A stretch of 64,000 nucleotides of DNA from Trichoplax sp. H2. Taxonomy: Eukaryota. Positions within the stretch are counted from its first letter, which is position 1, and each line of letters begins with the position of its first letter. Position numbers and translations under genes: made by a program. This document shows, piece after piece, positions 45,801-59,604 of the stretch. Below the pieces are notes generated by a model. The model was given only the letters and a program-made list of their open reading frames with translations. It was not told the DNA's origin and ran no database searches. The stretch covers positions 310,001 to 374,000 of the forward strand of contig NOWV01000016.1 of the NCBI GenBank assembly GCA_003344405.1, in the 5' to 3' direction.

Positions 45801-46755
45801 ATTTCTTCTATTCTTAGAATGGAACATCAGGGCTTATGATGGCTGCTGCCAAAAGTAACAAATCAATTTTGAAAATATTAATACAATTCAACGCTAATAT
45901 CGATCTCCGCGATGAGGTAATGATATTTTGAATAAAATACGCTAATTTTAAGGCAACAAAATGGTCTTTCATTTATTGATAGGCATGATAAATTTTAAAT
46001 TTTATAGTTCATTATTCTGCTAACGCTTATATCGACTACCAAATTACCTAAACGTCTAAATAAACTATATTATCCGTGACTTTAGAAATGATTTAATCCC
46101 TTTTTAGCTTTATGATTATTATTCTATTAACCCTTATATTCGACTAGCAAGTTATTTAAATATCTAAATAAGCTATATTACCTATGAATGCAAAAATGAT
46201 TTAATCTATTTCATTACAATTATGTTATGTTTTTAGCAGCGAGTTAATTCCGTGAGTTAGATTTGTAACTGATATTTATTACTAATGATCGGTATTTATA
46301 GCTGCATAAGGCTACACGTCGATACGGTTACAATTTATACTTCGCTCTGCAATTAGTAAATTATCAGTTCGCCTTTTACACTGTTATCACCTATAGTATT
46401 ACAAGCGCTACCATACAATTATCGCATAAGTACATATACAGTTTTCAATTCTATTCATGCATTCATGTGTAATATATATCGTAGTTAATCTATTACTTTC
46501 TATATATTCCATAGTGAATCTAACTAATTGTATAACATACGTAGATAATCGCTAGCTAAGGTTTCCAGTTAAAAACTTTAATAACAAAGGTTTACAATTA
46601 CTGATTACCAGTTTTTCCTATATTGATTTGTTCAATATTAGCTTGGAAATGATGCTACGGTGTATGCAGATGGTGATGGTAGCGCTGAAGTTATTGCAAT
46701 GCTAATAGCTGCAAAAAATATACCGAAGAGGCATAAAGAAACTGTTATCAATTAA
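36816..46755 (+). CDS. Ankyrin-repeat-only protein, 24 repeat exons (about 800 aa)
   Basis: Phase-0 exons start at 36956, 37609, 37810, 38095, 38296, 38502, 38674, 39347, 39612, 39848, 40223, 40505, 41228, 41531, 41726, 41951, 42219, 42930, 43121, 43377, 44229, 44620, 45818 and 46642. Most are 99 nt and translate to ANK consensus (for example DERTPLHIAINKGHLQFVKALIKRNARLDVSDK) without stops. TAA at 46753-46755. The start exon 36816-36833 (MAKCNA) is tentative. Confidence 0.88.
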
Positions 46756-48363
46756 GTAAAATAGTGTATATTGATATCGAGTTAATGGTATTCTGGCCCT
46801 CATGATTATATGAAATAATTAATTCTCGGAAGGTGCAGCATTATCGAATTCTATCCTTTCAAGTTAAGAAGAATTACTGTTAACTTACTTCTATGGATAA
46901 TCTACCAGGCTAATGGCAAAGAAGGATAAAAAGATACTGTAGATACATTAAATTATGACCGCTGATGAAATTCAGTGTTCGACGTCGCCACTTGAGCTAT
47001 CCAGGATGGCTGATAATGCTTTACACTATAAATGGTTATTATCGTTGTTGTCTGCTACATTTTGATAAACTTAAGCTAAATTTATGGATTCTTGTTTATC
47101 ATTTTCATTAACAATATTGCGTAATGAATGAACAAAAAATTGTAGAATTTTATCCCTTTATAAATGGTCACCATCGGTTTCTGGTTCGTTTCTGATGGAA
47201 TTTTACTACATCTATCAAGCTTTATTTATCAGTTCTGATCGATAAAATTTCATATTCTTCAGCAGTAGTTAGCATCATCTGTGCTTCTACAACTTTGATA
47301 GACCTTTTGTTATACTTGTCAAGCCCTACCAAATCCTATTTATCAATTCTAATTGACAAGCTCCATCAAAGTTAATGAATATATTCTTAACGAAACTTAT
47401 AATTGATTTATTACAGATTTTTTAAGATCTTAAGAATTAGATTATACTATCGTAATGAATATTGGAATGATTAATTTTGTATTGGGTCAAGTTATAATAT
47501 TGACATTATTTAAAATAATTTAAAATCATGATAGAGATCATCAAGATTGGATGTTGTGATAATAAGTGAAGTAATCCATGTGCTTACTGTTCGTTAAGTA
47601 TTGGTAGTTTAAGATGATTTAGATAATGCTAAAGACGATCAAAATGGATTTTAGATGAAAAATTAATATGTTTTCTTCGTATTTGAGTTTAATTTGGCGG
47701 TAAATGAAAGTGATTTAAGTAAAGAATAAATAAATCAAAATTAAATAATGCCATTGTTAACAAATTATTAAGTTAACTCATATGTGGAATTGATACTGAA
47801 TCCGCCCCTATGCGAAAGTTGTTTTTAACTTCATTTGCGGTAGCAAGTGATTTATTTCCAAAATAGTAGTATCGACTGAATGTACTAGAAGTACAAGAAA
47901 GAATTTAATTTATTGTGATTATGGAGGCTTGATATGTGTCATTGCTTTTAATAGTGCAATTAAAAGCTCATTTTACCTGATGACCATAAAAAAATGCAAT
48001 AAAAATCACGTTGTTCGGTATCATTATTCTGATTCAGTAAATTACTTTAAGTTTGGATAATCTGGTTCGTTCATTTACTTTGACCCTGAGTCTGAATATG
48101 TCCAATTCTATTTATTACCATTAATTATTGCCTTAATTGCAAATATAAATTGACCAATGTTCATCTCTTATTAGCATTCATAGCGTAGTATACGCGTACC
48201 TATAAATATTCTAAACAGCGTCAGCATAATACTCCATTAGCGATCTAATTAATCAAATTTTGTTTCCGTAAGTAACCTATTATGGGATTTACATTCTTGC
48301 ATGCTGTTCAGTCATGAACAAGTGAGGAATTTAAATTTTATAATGAAAGAAAACTAAAAAAAG

Positions 48364-48881
48364 TAATCTAAAGTTTAAATTAATAGCTTAAATCTAATAC
48401 TCGATTATACACGAACTTGTGATAATCCTTTGATAAACGATGAGACTAGTTCTTTTAAAGACGATATAGAATATGGAAGAATAAATAGAAAAGAATTGAA
48501 ATAGCTATGCAATTCTGTATATGAGGATAGAAATACAAATTTTAGAGATTCGTAGAAGTACTATGCATTTCTAAAGCAGTCTATAGAAGATAGGTTAAGT
48601 TATAAACTATTAAACAGTAAGGATAAATTAATCATTTCTTATAGTAATATTAATTAAATCGGTTGAAATAGTTATATATGTATCTTGCCAAGTATCTAAA
48701 GTAGAGATTATAATCTCACTTATATAGTTGCTTAATAAAGGCAAGTGATGTGATAGATTGCGAATTTCTTATACTATTCAAGAACTATTGTATTAGCTAA
48801 TCTTATCTAATATTCAAGCTAGATTAAAAGCGTACATAGACAAATCTGCAGTTGCCCTCAAGCTAACTTAGTGTGATAATG
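48364..48881 (+). repeat. Dispersed ~0.5-kb repeat, diverged copy A
   Basis: Aligns along its length to 55688-56181, with substitutions and an indel of about 20 nt. Confidence 0.88.
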
Positions 48882-51800
48882 ATCATTTGTTTAGTGTACT
48901 ACTTTTTATAGGAAGCAGATGATATTAAAATAAATTGTTTGATATTTGAATATTTCATCGATTTTATGTTATCAGTAGTACGTTGCTATTCGTCAAATTG
49001 ATTTCGATTAAAATAGCAAGTAATCAATAAAAATAAGTTCTATTTAACCATCTTATTGATCAGAAAATGAGTAAACTGGATATCATCAACACAATCAATT
49101 TATATTACCCTATTTTATCGATTGTGAAGATGTTTATGTCAGATTTTAATCTCATCCTAATTTCATAATTACTTCGTATAGTAATGTACAGAAGTCGCTT
49201 CGGTAACATACACGTAGTAAAATTTTTATAAAAGTAAAACAGAATGACAGGTAATGCTTCTCTTCTAATCATATTTTACTCTAGATACCATTGCCTTTCA
49301 TGATTATCTAACGAATTTACCTCCATTAGTCAATATCTTACGCTATTGTTGATAATGGGTTTGCAGTAAAATCGGCGTAACGAGAAATATATAAGGCTCT
49401 TTTGCAGTAAAATAATCATCATAGAAGGAAATAGCGTATATGATGTATATGTAGTTAAATGAAAATCGTAAGATGTATCCAACGCTCTAGTCTACCGTAA
49501 AATTGATGATCTAACGAATTATAGTAGCTGTGAAGAAAACCAATCATTATGATGGAGGGGTTAATGATTTAGCGGATGCAGATTTAATAGCTATTTAGAG
49601 ATTGGTACTAGTTCGTTGAGTAAGAAAATAGATTCTTTATTATAGACTACATGTGTGAGGCAGTTGCCGTAGTGCAGCTTGTAAGCTGTTGTGAAGTAAT
49701 GTAATTATCACTACGACTACCCATATTGCAGCTCAATCTGAGGTAGAAGTTATTAGTACGTGTATTTATGACGTTAGAGATAGAGAACATGCAGAGAACA
49801 AGATTATTATTTACAACATATGCCGTAGTAGACTATGTGATAGCAAATGATGTTAGAAAAATATTAAAGGCTGCAAGTGCTATAAATAACTAAACACGAC
49901 AAGTTAGATTTGAATATAGTGTAATAAGAACACAAAGGTATCCATATTTGAAAACAATATAATATACCTCTATATCACAGCTCTATTTAAGAAATATGTA
50001 AGTTATAGTACAGCCTAGATGCACTACAACAGGTACAATTCGTTTTAGTCTATTCGATTATGACATAAGTAAGTAAGTGAATATCATTTCTGCCATGTTT
50101 ATAAATATCACTGTCCTCTTGTAGTAAAGCAAACATAACAAAATCTAATAGAAACAATAAGCCCTAAAATAGTAATATAATTAGCATGTGGAGTTTCCAT
50201 TGCGTATACAACTTGCATCTAGTCGTATAGCTAATAAAATACAGTGCCTATACTGAAATTGGGGTTTGTCATATGTTCAGTTAGAGTTTATGATTTCAGC
50301 AAGAAATGTCTCTTTTTATATTCTAAATCTTACCGGTTTGAGTGATGTAGCGTCACTCTGATATCGGTAAATGGTACTTAATATGTAGTGATTATAGCAT
50401 TTATCTATTGAAATGTCACTATTAGTAATTGGATTCCCTGTATTGTAATATTTTTATAATTGAGATGGATACTATCGATCGAAGACATTACTTAATTGAT
50501 CTTAAGGGTACGCCTAAGAATTTTATGGCATGCAATAGAATAATCACATAATAAGCTCAATCACTGAAAGATCATGCCTAATTTAAATATTTTAGGGCAT
50601 TTGAATAGAATTATTTTAATTAATTAGTTAATTGATTGTACATAATGATAAACTAATATCAATGATGTTTATCTCATTTAATTGTTTTTAACCAAAAAAT
50701 TTAATTAGATTAGATGTCGTTATTTACTTATCATTAAAAGATTAGCTATGATAACGATTGCAATTTAAAGATACGGCCATCAGTAACAGCTATTATACCT
50801 AATCAGTTATTGGTTAAATCGTTGAGTGATTGCACTTGAATAATTTTATTTAGTATTGTAGTTTTGTTTCCTTTCATAATGTCAGTTCCAATATTAAAAA
50901 CTAGATTAAAATGTTGTAGGCATGTTATAAGTTGAGATATATTTTGATTACCTGATATTTAAAATAGATATAAGCTGCCTTTAGGATCAGTTTAACATAC
51001 TAGATTAAAATTTTACTGTAACTTGCAAGATTGAATTTGCTCAAAAGTCTCGACGTATTAAAAAATTTACCTGCTATAACTTTAAGTTTGTGCTGCGGCA
51101 AGATGTCGGTATTTTTCAATCTTTTGGATAAAGACTACCCTACAAATTTGAAACAACTTAACTTTACACTATCCTATGTACAGTTTTTGATGGTTAGTAG
51201 GTCTACTGTAATACATTTATTCTCCATGCTTTAGTAATCTTGTGCGCTAGTCTATTACCATGTGTTTAAATTAATGACCGCACAGTTATATAACGATCAA
51301 ATGAACGAGTCCTTTCCCTGTTTATTTTACATGTAACAGGAGTTTCTATTTAGTTTTCTTAACAAGTACTTGTAATCTTGCCATAAACAGAAATCTGACT
51401 GTGTCCTATAAGTATAAATTAACAATTTAAATAAGCCTCGGTTAGTACTGTTAGAGATAGTTCTTCGTTGTTCCAGTTTCAATATCTTTAATGTGATAGT
51501 AATCCCCTTGATACCTCTTCCTATCTCAATTTCTAATATCACTATTTCATTTTACTTTGGTGCCTGCGATAAAAGTCTATTCCATTATTAGCGATGGCAA
51601 TTTGTATCAATTTATGTTCTGATTCGTTTCAGAAAGTATTCTGAAATTAGAAAATTAAATATTTTCTTTTTTCGACAACTCGTTTATTACTGTGATCCAT
51701 AGCTGTGGGCTAGACTTATTCAAATAGTATAAGGATAGATTGATCACAACTGACGTAAAATTAACTTGCATTAGCTAATTATTTTTGTTAGTCCTAATCA

Positions 51801-51937
51801 GTTTATGATCGAATAAATGAAGTATGAATAGAATAATAACCATGATGATGATGGTGATGATAGCAATTAATACTCATTTTAATTCTGTCTGTCTTATAAA
51901 AATCTAATAGACGACCCCGTAAGTAAGGATATCATCC

Positions 51938-53401
51938 ATGATGAAAGTTTTACTCGTTGCCTTAGCAGTGATTGCTGTTGCTCATGCAGCCATTATTGAG
52001 CGGAGTAAGTTCTACGTATTTATTTGGTATTAAGTTCTACGAGTATTTAAATTAATCTTGGGCATCCGTTCTTTCTTGATCATCAAAGAAATTAGTCGTC
52101 CTTATTGGTATTCTATCATAATCATCATGGAGATGATGATGTTCAATAACTCATTATCGGCAGCGTCTGTAAAAATCGTTCAATTAATATTAGGAAAAAT
52201 CGACCAATATGCGATGGATTCGCGCCGAAGATTATGATAGAATCGTGGGAGGATCTACTACTGATGCTCACGAATTTCCCTATCAGGTCTCGCTAGAATA
52301 TAAATCGGGGGTTCTTGGTATCATATTTGCGGTGGAAGTATAATTGGCAACCGATAGGTGATTACTGCTGCTCATTGTGTTCATAAAACTGCTAAGAAAA
52401 AGCTGAGAGTTAACGTTGGCGATCATAATATTGAAGATGCTGAGGCCCAAATCATTGATTTACGCTCACTGTAAGATAAGCTGATAGACTGACTTTACAT
52501 TAGCAAAGAGAAATCTATAATGATTTATTTCTATTACTCTAATTGCAAATCGTAATTCTATAGTTCTATAGTTTCCTTTTGATTATAATTAATTACTCCT
52601 CGTATTATTTACGTTATCTATATTTGAATTGAATTCCGTTAATTGGTATTTTAGGCATGTTCATTCTGGTTACAGTCCTTCTACTCTTGCTAATGATATT
52701 GCTTTACTCAAGCTGAAATCATCAGCTACTGCCAAGCCCCATACCTCTACTATTCAATGTGCTAGTGCAGATACAAAATTAATCGCTGGTGAGGATGTTC
52801 TCATAACTGGATGGGGTGCACTTGCAGAAGGAGGCTCATACCCTGATAAACTACAAAAAGTAAAATTGCAACTTGTCAGCGATACTGATTGCGATGCTGA
52901 ACATGGCAGTGAATTTATGCCCAAGGAAATATTTTGTGCTAGATATAAACCAGGCGGTAAAGACTCTTGCCAAGGCGATAGTGGTGGCCCAGTTGTTTAT
53001 AAAGGCGATTTAATCGGTCTTGTTAGCTGGGGTTACGGTAAGAATGATATGATAACAACCTTAATATAGCACTTTAACCGTACAGAAATTATCTATAGTA
53101 TATATAACCAATAATAATTTTGGTTTTGCTATTAATCATGTGCTAGTACTTCAAATCTATTATTAATCTAAATAGAATAAATTAGAGGATGTTTGAATAA
53201 GATTAAGCTTTAAATTAAGCCTATATTAAAAATCAATCGTAGAACTATATAGCTGTTCAATGATACCTACACTTGCATAGTGTACGTTAAAATGGAATTA
53301 TTGTTCTATTTCATGTCCTAGGTTGTGCTCGCCCTGACACACCTGGAGTTTATACGTGTGTCAGCAACTATGAATCTTGGATTGCTAAAACCATGGGATA
53401 A
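51938..53401 (+). pseudogene. Trypsin-like S1A serine protease pseudogene
   Basis: Signal peptide exon, [27 protein letters not shown] and PGVY are present. Exon 2 has a frameshift just after the acceptor, a 1-nt deletion before WYHIC, and TAG replacing Trp at about 52355. Confidence 0.88.
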
Positions 53402-55687
53402 ATTATCTGATTTTGTATTGGCTTTATTGCTATGACAATATCATAATTGCATACATAGTCCTGCTATATTATAGCCAAGGAAACGATAACAACTTCGAAA
53501 AGTAGAAAGTAACAAATGATGTCGAATCTTTCTCCCTTAGTTGCACCATTATTAGTCTTGAATTTTTACTAGAGATCAGGACGTAATGACTAATGGATTG
53601 ATCGAAGTTTTCATTTGTTCATCTTTATGATAGCATGTACTGTATTTGTATATTAATTTTTAGAAGGCTAATAATGTAGTAAATTGCTCAATTTATCAAT
53701 ACTAGATTGAAAGTATCATGATGAAAATGAAGAATGGCAAATTCATTTCATTAGCAATTGCTATTAAAGCTAGCTTTTATTCAGAGGAAAATAAATTTTA
53801 AAATTGGCATGGATCAGAAAATGTTTTTTTTATAGATATTAGTATGAACACTATTAAGACATAGTATCTTGGTGGCATAGATTGTCAGTCATCAAGTTTA
53901 TAATAATTTTAATCCACATCTTAGAAATCGAACATATATTCAATTGCATATTGAAATAGTTTACTAAGCATTAGCAATTTCATAAGAGTAGACCAAGCCA
54001 ATAAGCAAGCAGTTGTAATAATATCTTAACTGTTCTTGCACTCCGGAATCTCGTACTCAATTCTCTCAAACAGTGCTAACTTGATACACTATCGTATTAT
54101 TAGAAAAATTGATATGAATTACATTTTTTCTTAAAATTTATATCGTTAGAGACCAGATGTTTTAAGATAGACTCGGAATGAAAAATGATAAGTTTGTTTA
54201 TGCTACTGTATTGATATCCATAGTCTTAATAGATCGATGTTAACTCGTGTCAAAATATCTTATAAGCTGGATATCACTGTATATCTCACCCAAGATATTT
54301 CATCGAGTTAAGAATATATCAGCTAATGAAGAGTATAGAAGATTGTAATAGAGTCAGCACATCGTACCACTTGTCATTACCATAACAGTTCTAAAGTTAT
54401 TTGTTAACTTCAATAAAGTGGTTATGAATAAACTTGAGTTGCTAGTCAGAAATTTCAATATGATCATTACTACTGGTACGTAATCTCTCATTTGGCCGAT
54501 GACTTTTATTAGTGTTACCACAGTTGATACATGATGGGTATTAAGTTACCGATAGTATTTTTAGATAGACATATGAAGTACAGTAGAAGTGGTAAAAGTG
54601 GAATAAAGATGCGACCGTAAAAGGTGCATCTGCAATAAATTTGTAAATAATTTTACAGTTGCAAGTAATAATTCATTGAATCTCTTAAATACGTAGCTCA
54701 AATAAGTCACGTAATGTTACTATAAGGGCAATTATGTAGGCGTATTGTAATTCTAGTACTAGCTCGCGTAGATGTAGATAACTGTAAGTGTCTCAAAATA
54801 GCTTTTGTGATCAGGGTTGAACTAGTCTATCTACTCTAATTAATCACCGACTAACTCCGGGATTTTCTCTAATCGTAACAAGCCGAACCTTTAAATTGAT
54901 TAATGATAGCATTGATACAGGAAATAAATTGTGACATAGACTTTGATTTACACTTAGCATATATTTACTTATTTTGCAAGTGGCACTAATAAACCGCTAG
55001 CAACTTTGTCAAACTTTATATTTGCTCTTGTGGGAAATTTATAAATTGAACATATTTCATTTTGCTAAATTGTTTGAGTAATAACAAACAGACACGCACA
55101 GACAGGCTATAAAAGTGAAATAGGTCGATATATAGCCTTATTGCAAAGAAATGGAAAATTTCTAGCTTTTCAATTTACGCCACTGCTTCATATATATTTT
55201 GTAAATATTCTGTTGTTATACAAAAGATATCGGATGAGCCTTCCTGCAATGACTAGAATAAGACTACCAAAATGCTTTGATGCAACCTTAATCCTTTGAT
55301 TCCTATTCCTTTTATAATTTGTTGTTGATTACTATAAGAGATTCTAGAATCTTATCACGCATCTCCATGTCTATCATGAATAAATAATATTGTAATAAAG
55401 GAAGCCGTTCTTCCATGTTGATGGTTACTGAATTTATTCATAGAAATGTACTACATCAGTGAATTGTCGAAGTTGGTAAAATTTTATCGCATTGTATAAT
55501 TAGTCCACTTCGAGAGCAAATCTTATTTCTTGATACAAACAATAACAGACTAATACGGATCACTAAAAATGTAGCTATAATAATTTTATCATCGTGTTAC
55601 CATAGAATTTATCCAGATAATCATTACTAAAGTTTACACTTTCATATCTATAAAGACGAATACAAATATCACTAATCCCTACATTTA

Positions 55688-56318
55688 TAATCTAAAGTTT
55701 AAATTAATAGCTTAAATCTAATACTTGATCATACTTGAACTTGTGATAATCCTTTGAATAATGATGAGGCTAGTTCTTTAAAGACGATATAGAATATGAA
55801 AAAAGAAATAGCAAAGAACTGAAATAGATAAGCAATTCTATATATATGGATGAAAATACATATTTTAGAGATGCGCTGAAGTACTATGTAATTCTAAAGC
55901 AATCTATAGAAGATGGATTAAGTTATAAGCTACAAAATAGTAAGGATAAATTAATTAAATCAATTGAAGTAGTTATACAAGTATTTTGCCAAATATCTAA
56001 AGTAGAGATAATAATCTCACGTATATGGTCGCCTGATAAAATCTATTCACGTGATGGATTACGAAATTCTTATACTTTTCAAAAACTATTTTATTAACTA
56101 ATCATACCTAATATTCAAATTGGATCGAAGGTGTACATAGACAAATCTGCAGTTGCTCTCTAGCTAACTTAGTGTGACAATGTTACCGTCATTATGAAAA
56201 ATCCGTGATTTTACAAAATACCTCATATCAACTAAAAAGTTACGAGATTGATGATAGTCACTACGGTATATAGTAGCTGTGATGAATAATAACTTTCTCG
56301 TAAATAGGATTATGGTCT
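55688..56318 (+). repeat. Dispersed repeat copy B
   Basis: Homologous to 48364-48881; 55812-56318 is near-identical to 56867-57373. Confidence 0.9.
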
Positions 56319-56846
56319 TGTAGTGATGCACCCTATATTTACTTGTAGCGATAGCTATATTTGATTGTGTTGTGTACTATATTTAGAATAGTTAAGTTTC
56401 TAAAAATAGATATTCTTGTGCTGCTAGATTTAGGTGACTGGTAACTACTATATTAGAAAGTGTTATTCACTAATATAGCTGTTAACTAATTATGGTACAG
56501 GACGTTATACGACTTGAAATACTAAGATTGTAAAGATGCCCAATACCTTACGGTGTTGGACATTAATGGTAAAGTAATAATATTGTAAGCAGTTTGATTA
56601 ATACTGTAAAGTGTAGTGATGATTCATGTCTGATTGTAGACGATGTTATTGCCTTAAATAGATTCAGAGAAAAGTATATAAGGTGTACAAATCTGAGCGT
56701 AAGAGAGGAGAAAAGATTTGATATCTAATTGAGCTCAGATTACTTTAGACTAGATTCTTGTGAGTAATTAATTATTGCTGTACTATTCTTTAGAACCTTG
56801 TAATAAAAAGCTTTTATAGTACTGGATTCCTCTGTGGACTAAAATT

Positions 56847-56866
56847 NNNNNNNNNNNNNNNNNNNN
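56847..56866. other. Assembly gap (20 N)
   Basis: Run of 20 N. Confidence 1.
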
Positions 56867-57373
56867 CAAAGAACTGAAATAGATAAGCAATTCTATATAT
56901 GTGGATGAAAATACATATTTTAGAGATGCGCTGAAGTACTATGTATTTCTAAAGCAATCTATAGAAGATGGATTAAGTTATAAGCTACAAAATAGTAAGG
57001 ATAAATTAATTAAATCAATTGAAGTAGTTATACAAGTATTTTGCCAAATATCTAAAGTAGAGATAATAATCTCACGTATATGGTCGCCTGATAAAATCTA
57101 TTCACGTGATGGATTACGAAATTCTTATACTTTTCAAAAACTATTTTATTAACTAATCATACCTAATATTCAAATTGGATCGAAGGTGTACATAGACAAA
57201 TCTGCAGTTGCTCTCTAGCTAACTTAGTGTGACAATGTTACCGTCGTTATGAAATATCCGTGATTTTACAAAATACCTCATATCAACTAAAAAGTTACGA
57301 GATTGATGATAGTCACTACGGTATATAGTAGTTGTGATGAATAATAACTTTCTCGTAAATAGGATTATGGTCT
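56867..57373 (+). repeat. Repeat copy C: 507-bp near-identical duplicate abutting the gap
   Basis: Five substitutions versus 55812-56318, counted by eye. Confidence 0.9.
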
Positions 57374-59604
57374 GTTATTATGAGTATTATATTACAAGAC
57401 CAAATACAAGCCAAGTCCTACGTCGTGCTGGGCCTTATTACTTACCGGTAATAATAGCAGCAGTATATATAGTTCCTGGTGTTGGGGGCCTAGCAATCAA
57501 AACCATCTATGACAGGAAGCTTAAACTATCTCACATCTTATAAGGAATGATAAATCAACTATCAGTAGTTAATCAGTATTTTAGTTTTTATAAATAATAT
57601 CATAGGTTCGAATGTGGACCTTAGATATTCAGGCTGCACATCCATATTTCTGGATAAACTAGCTTTCTTGATCAACCTTTAAATCGGTGAAACATTAAAT
57701 ATTTCACTTTTTATCACATAAGCTTTAATAGCTTTTATACTCGTATATCACTCATTTTTCTCGCTTTGAAGTCGCTAGTGAAAGGAAGTACTAATACTAA
57801 TTTAAGGAGATTATCATACAAATTTCATTGCTAGTTCTTAAAAACATAAATTTGGTGTTCCATTGTTCACAATTGAACCGTTTCTAACGTTAGCATTTTT
57901 TCTGACTGATATTGCTGTTAAATTGGTCTAAATTAAATATTTGATTAATCATATGGTAATTTTGTTATTTTCAAAAAAGTAATCAAACAGGTTCTTAATG
58001 CAGTTTTGTTTATCTAATTCCAACGAATTATCGAATGGGTCGTTACTTTTAAAGTCATTGCCATACCCATGAACTGTACTGCCCTTGGCATCTAAGGCCT
58101 ATATTGATTACTTAATGTTAGAGTTTGACTAAACTTGAACTATTCAACTTTGGAATAAATCATGGATTGATTGTCAACAAACATGATGAAATGTGCAATT
58201 TATTTTTCCCTTTTAACTAATTAACTCCAATTAACAATAACGCTAATTGGATTAGATTTGAATGTTTGCACTTCACTAAGTAACTTAATGGACACCGATT
58301 GCTATAAAAACAAGCGACTTTCAGCGATAATCATCACATCTAACCAGTTTTAAGGTATGTTGGATAGTTAAACTGAGGAATCAATAGTAAACTATCGCAG
58401 CCTAATTTATTTAATTTGGATTAGAATAAATCTATTCTATCGGTAATTCAGTTGTTATCATAAATTAGAGATAGCTCTGTAACTTTGATAGACTACAATA
58501 TTTTGCACCATTCAGAGTTAGTATTATGTGTAATGTTGGTTGTGTTACCTAATGAGGATATGTTGTTGCGGTAGTCGTTTATTTTATTTATAAAATTTTC
58601 GATTGATAAATTTTTATTTCATCATCGTTTACAATTCATTATTACACTTAATCTTTTAATTTCATGTATTGAATTGAATTGTTCCTGTAACCCAGTTCTA
58701 CGTCCAAGTATAAAAAATTACTTAAGTTTTTTATCTATTACTTTAGTTTAAGTATTTCTAGACATCAGAAACTATTCATAAATGCCAATTTAAATATATT
58801 ATAGTGAAGTTATATCATAAGTTTTTTCTATAAATAGTATGAAATTGAAGCATGTTTATCATCTTTGCATTATCTATTCTTTTACACTAGTTTGACTACA
58901 AGGATATGGAATACTATTTCCCTCGTTCCTTAGCTATCAAATATTTTAAGCTATTAGTGGACAGTTAGGGTTATCGCTAATCTTTGATAAAGTAGATCAC
59001 ATGATTTTATCCTCTTAGACATATCATTTTTATGAATTTTAAATCGTTGATCCATAGATATGAGATTTTCTTACCTGCTTCCTTGAAGAATTTTAGTTTA
59101 TTATCGCAATCAACACTTTTTACATTACCGAAAATAGTTGATACTACCATATACTTGCAAAGTAAAAGCAAAAATTGACTCAAACCCAGACTAATGCTGT
59201 CTATCTAGTATGAATCCTTTATAGCTGTGGTCTCAATATTTTTTACGCGTATGACTCAAATTTTTAATAATAATCTTTTCCTATCTAGATTAATTGACAG
59301 CTTTATTTTTAGTACTGTGACAGTTATTATGAGATGACTGCGCTAAGAATTCATTTTGTGATTCCTTTAAATATGTATTCCGTGGTTGAAAAAATTGATA
59401 CATCATTTTTTCTGCATCTATTACATCAATAATGTGATCCAAAATCGCAAATGATATTTATTCAAATTCAATAGGAAGGAATGAATGACAAATAGCATCA
59501 AGTAGACACAGATAGAATAATTACGATGATAACATTTATTGCATGCTCTAATACTATTTTTATTCACTGTGATAGACAACTCGTTTGTGAAGATAGAATC
59601 CAAG

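Noticed and set aside
36956..46755. Canonical ankyrin (24 repeats) or a CRISPR-like periodic array
   Set aside because: No ZU5, UPA or death domain exons follow and the ORF stops after the repeats. The periodicity is exon structure, not identical DNA repeats.
55846..57152. Twin 83-aa ORFs as a gene pair
   Set aside because: They lie inside a repeat duplicated at an assembly gap; the second copy starts with GTG and the third copy is disrupted.
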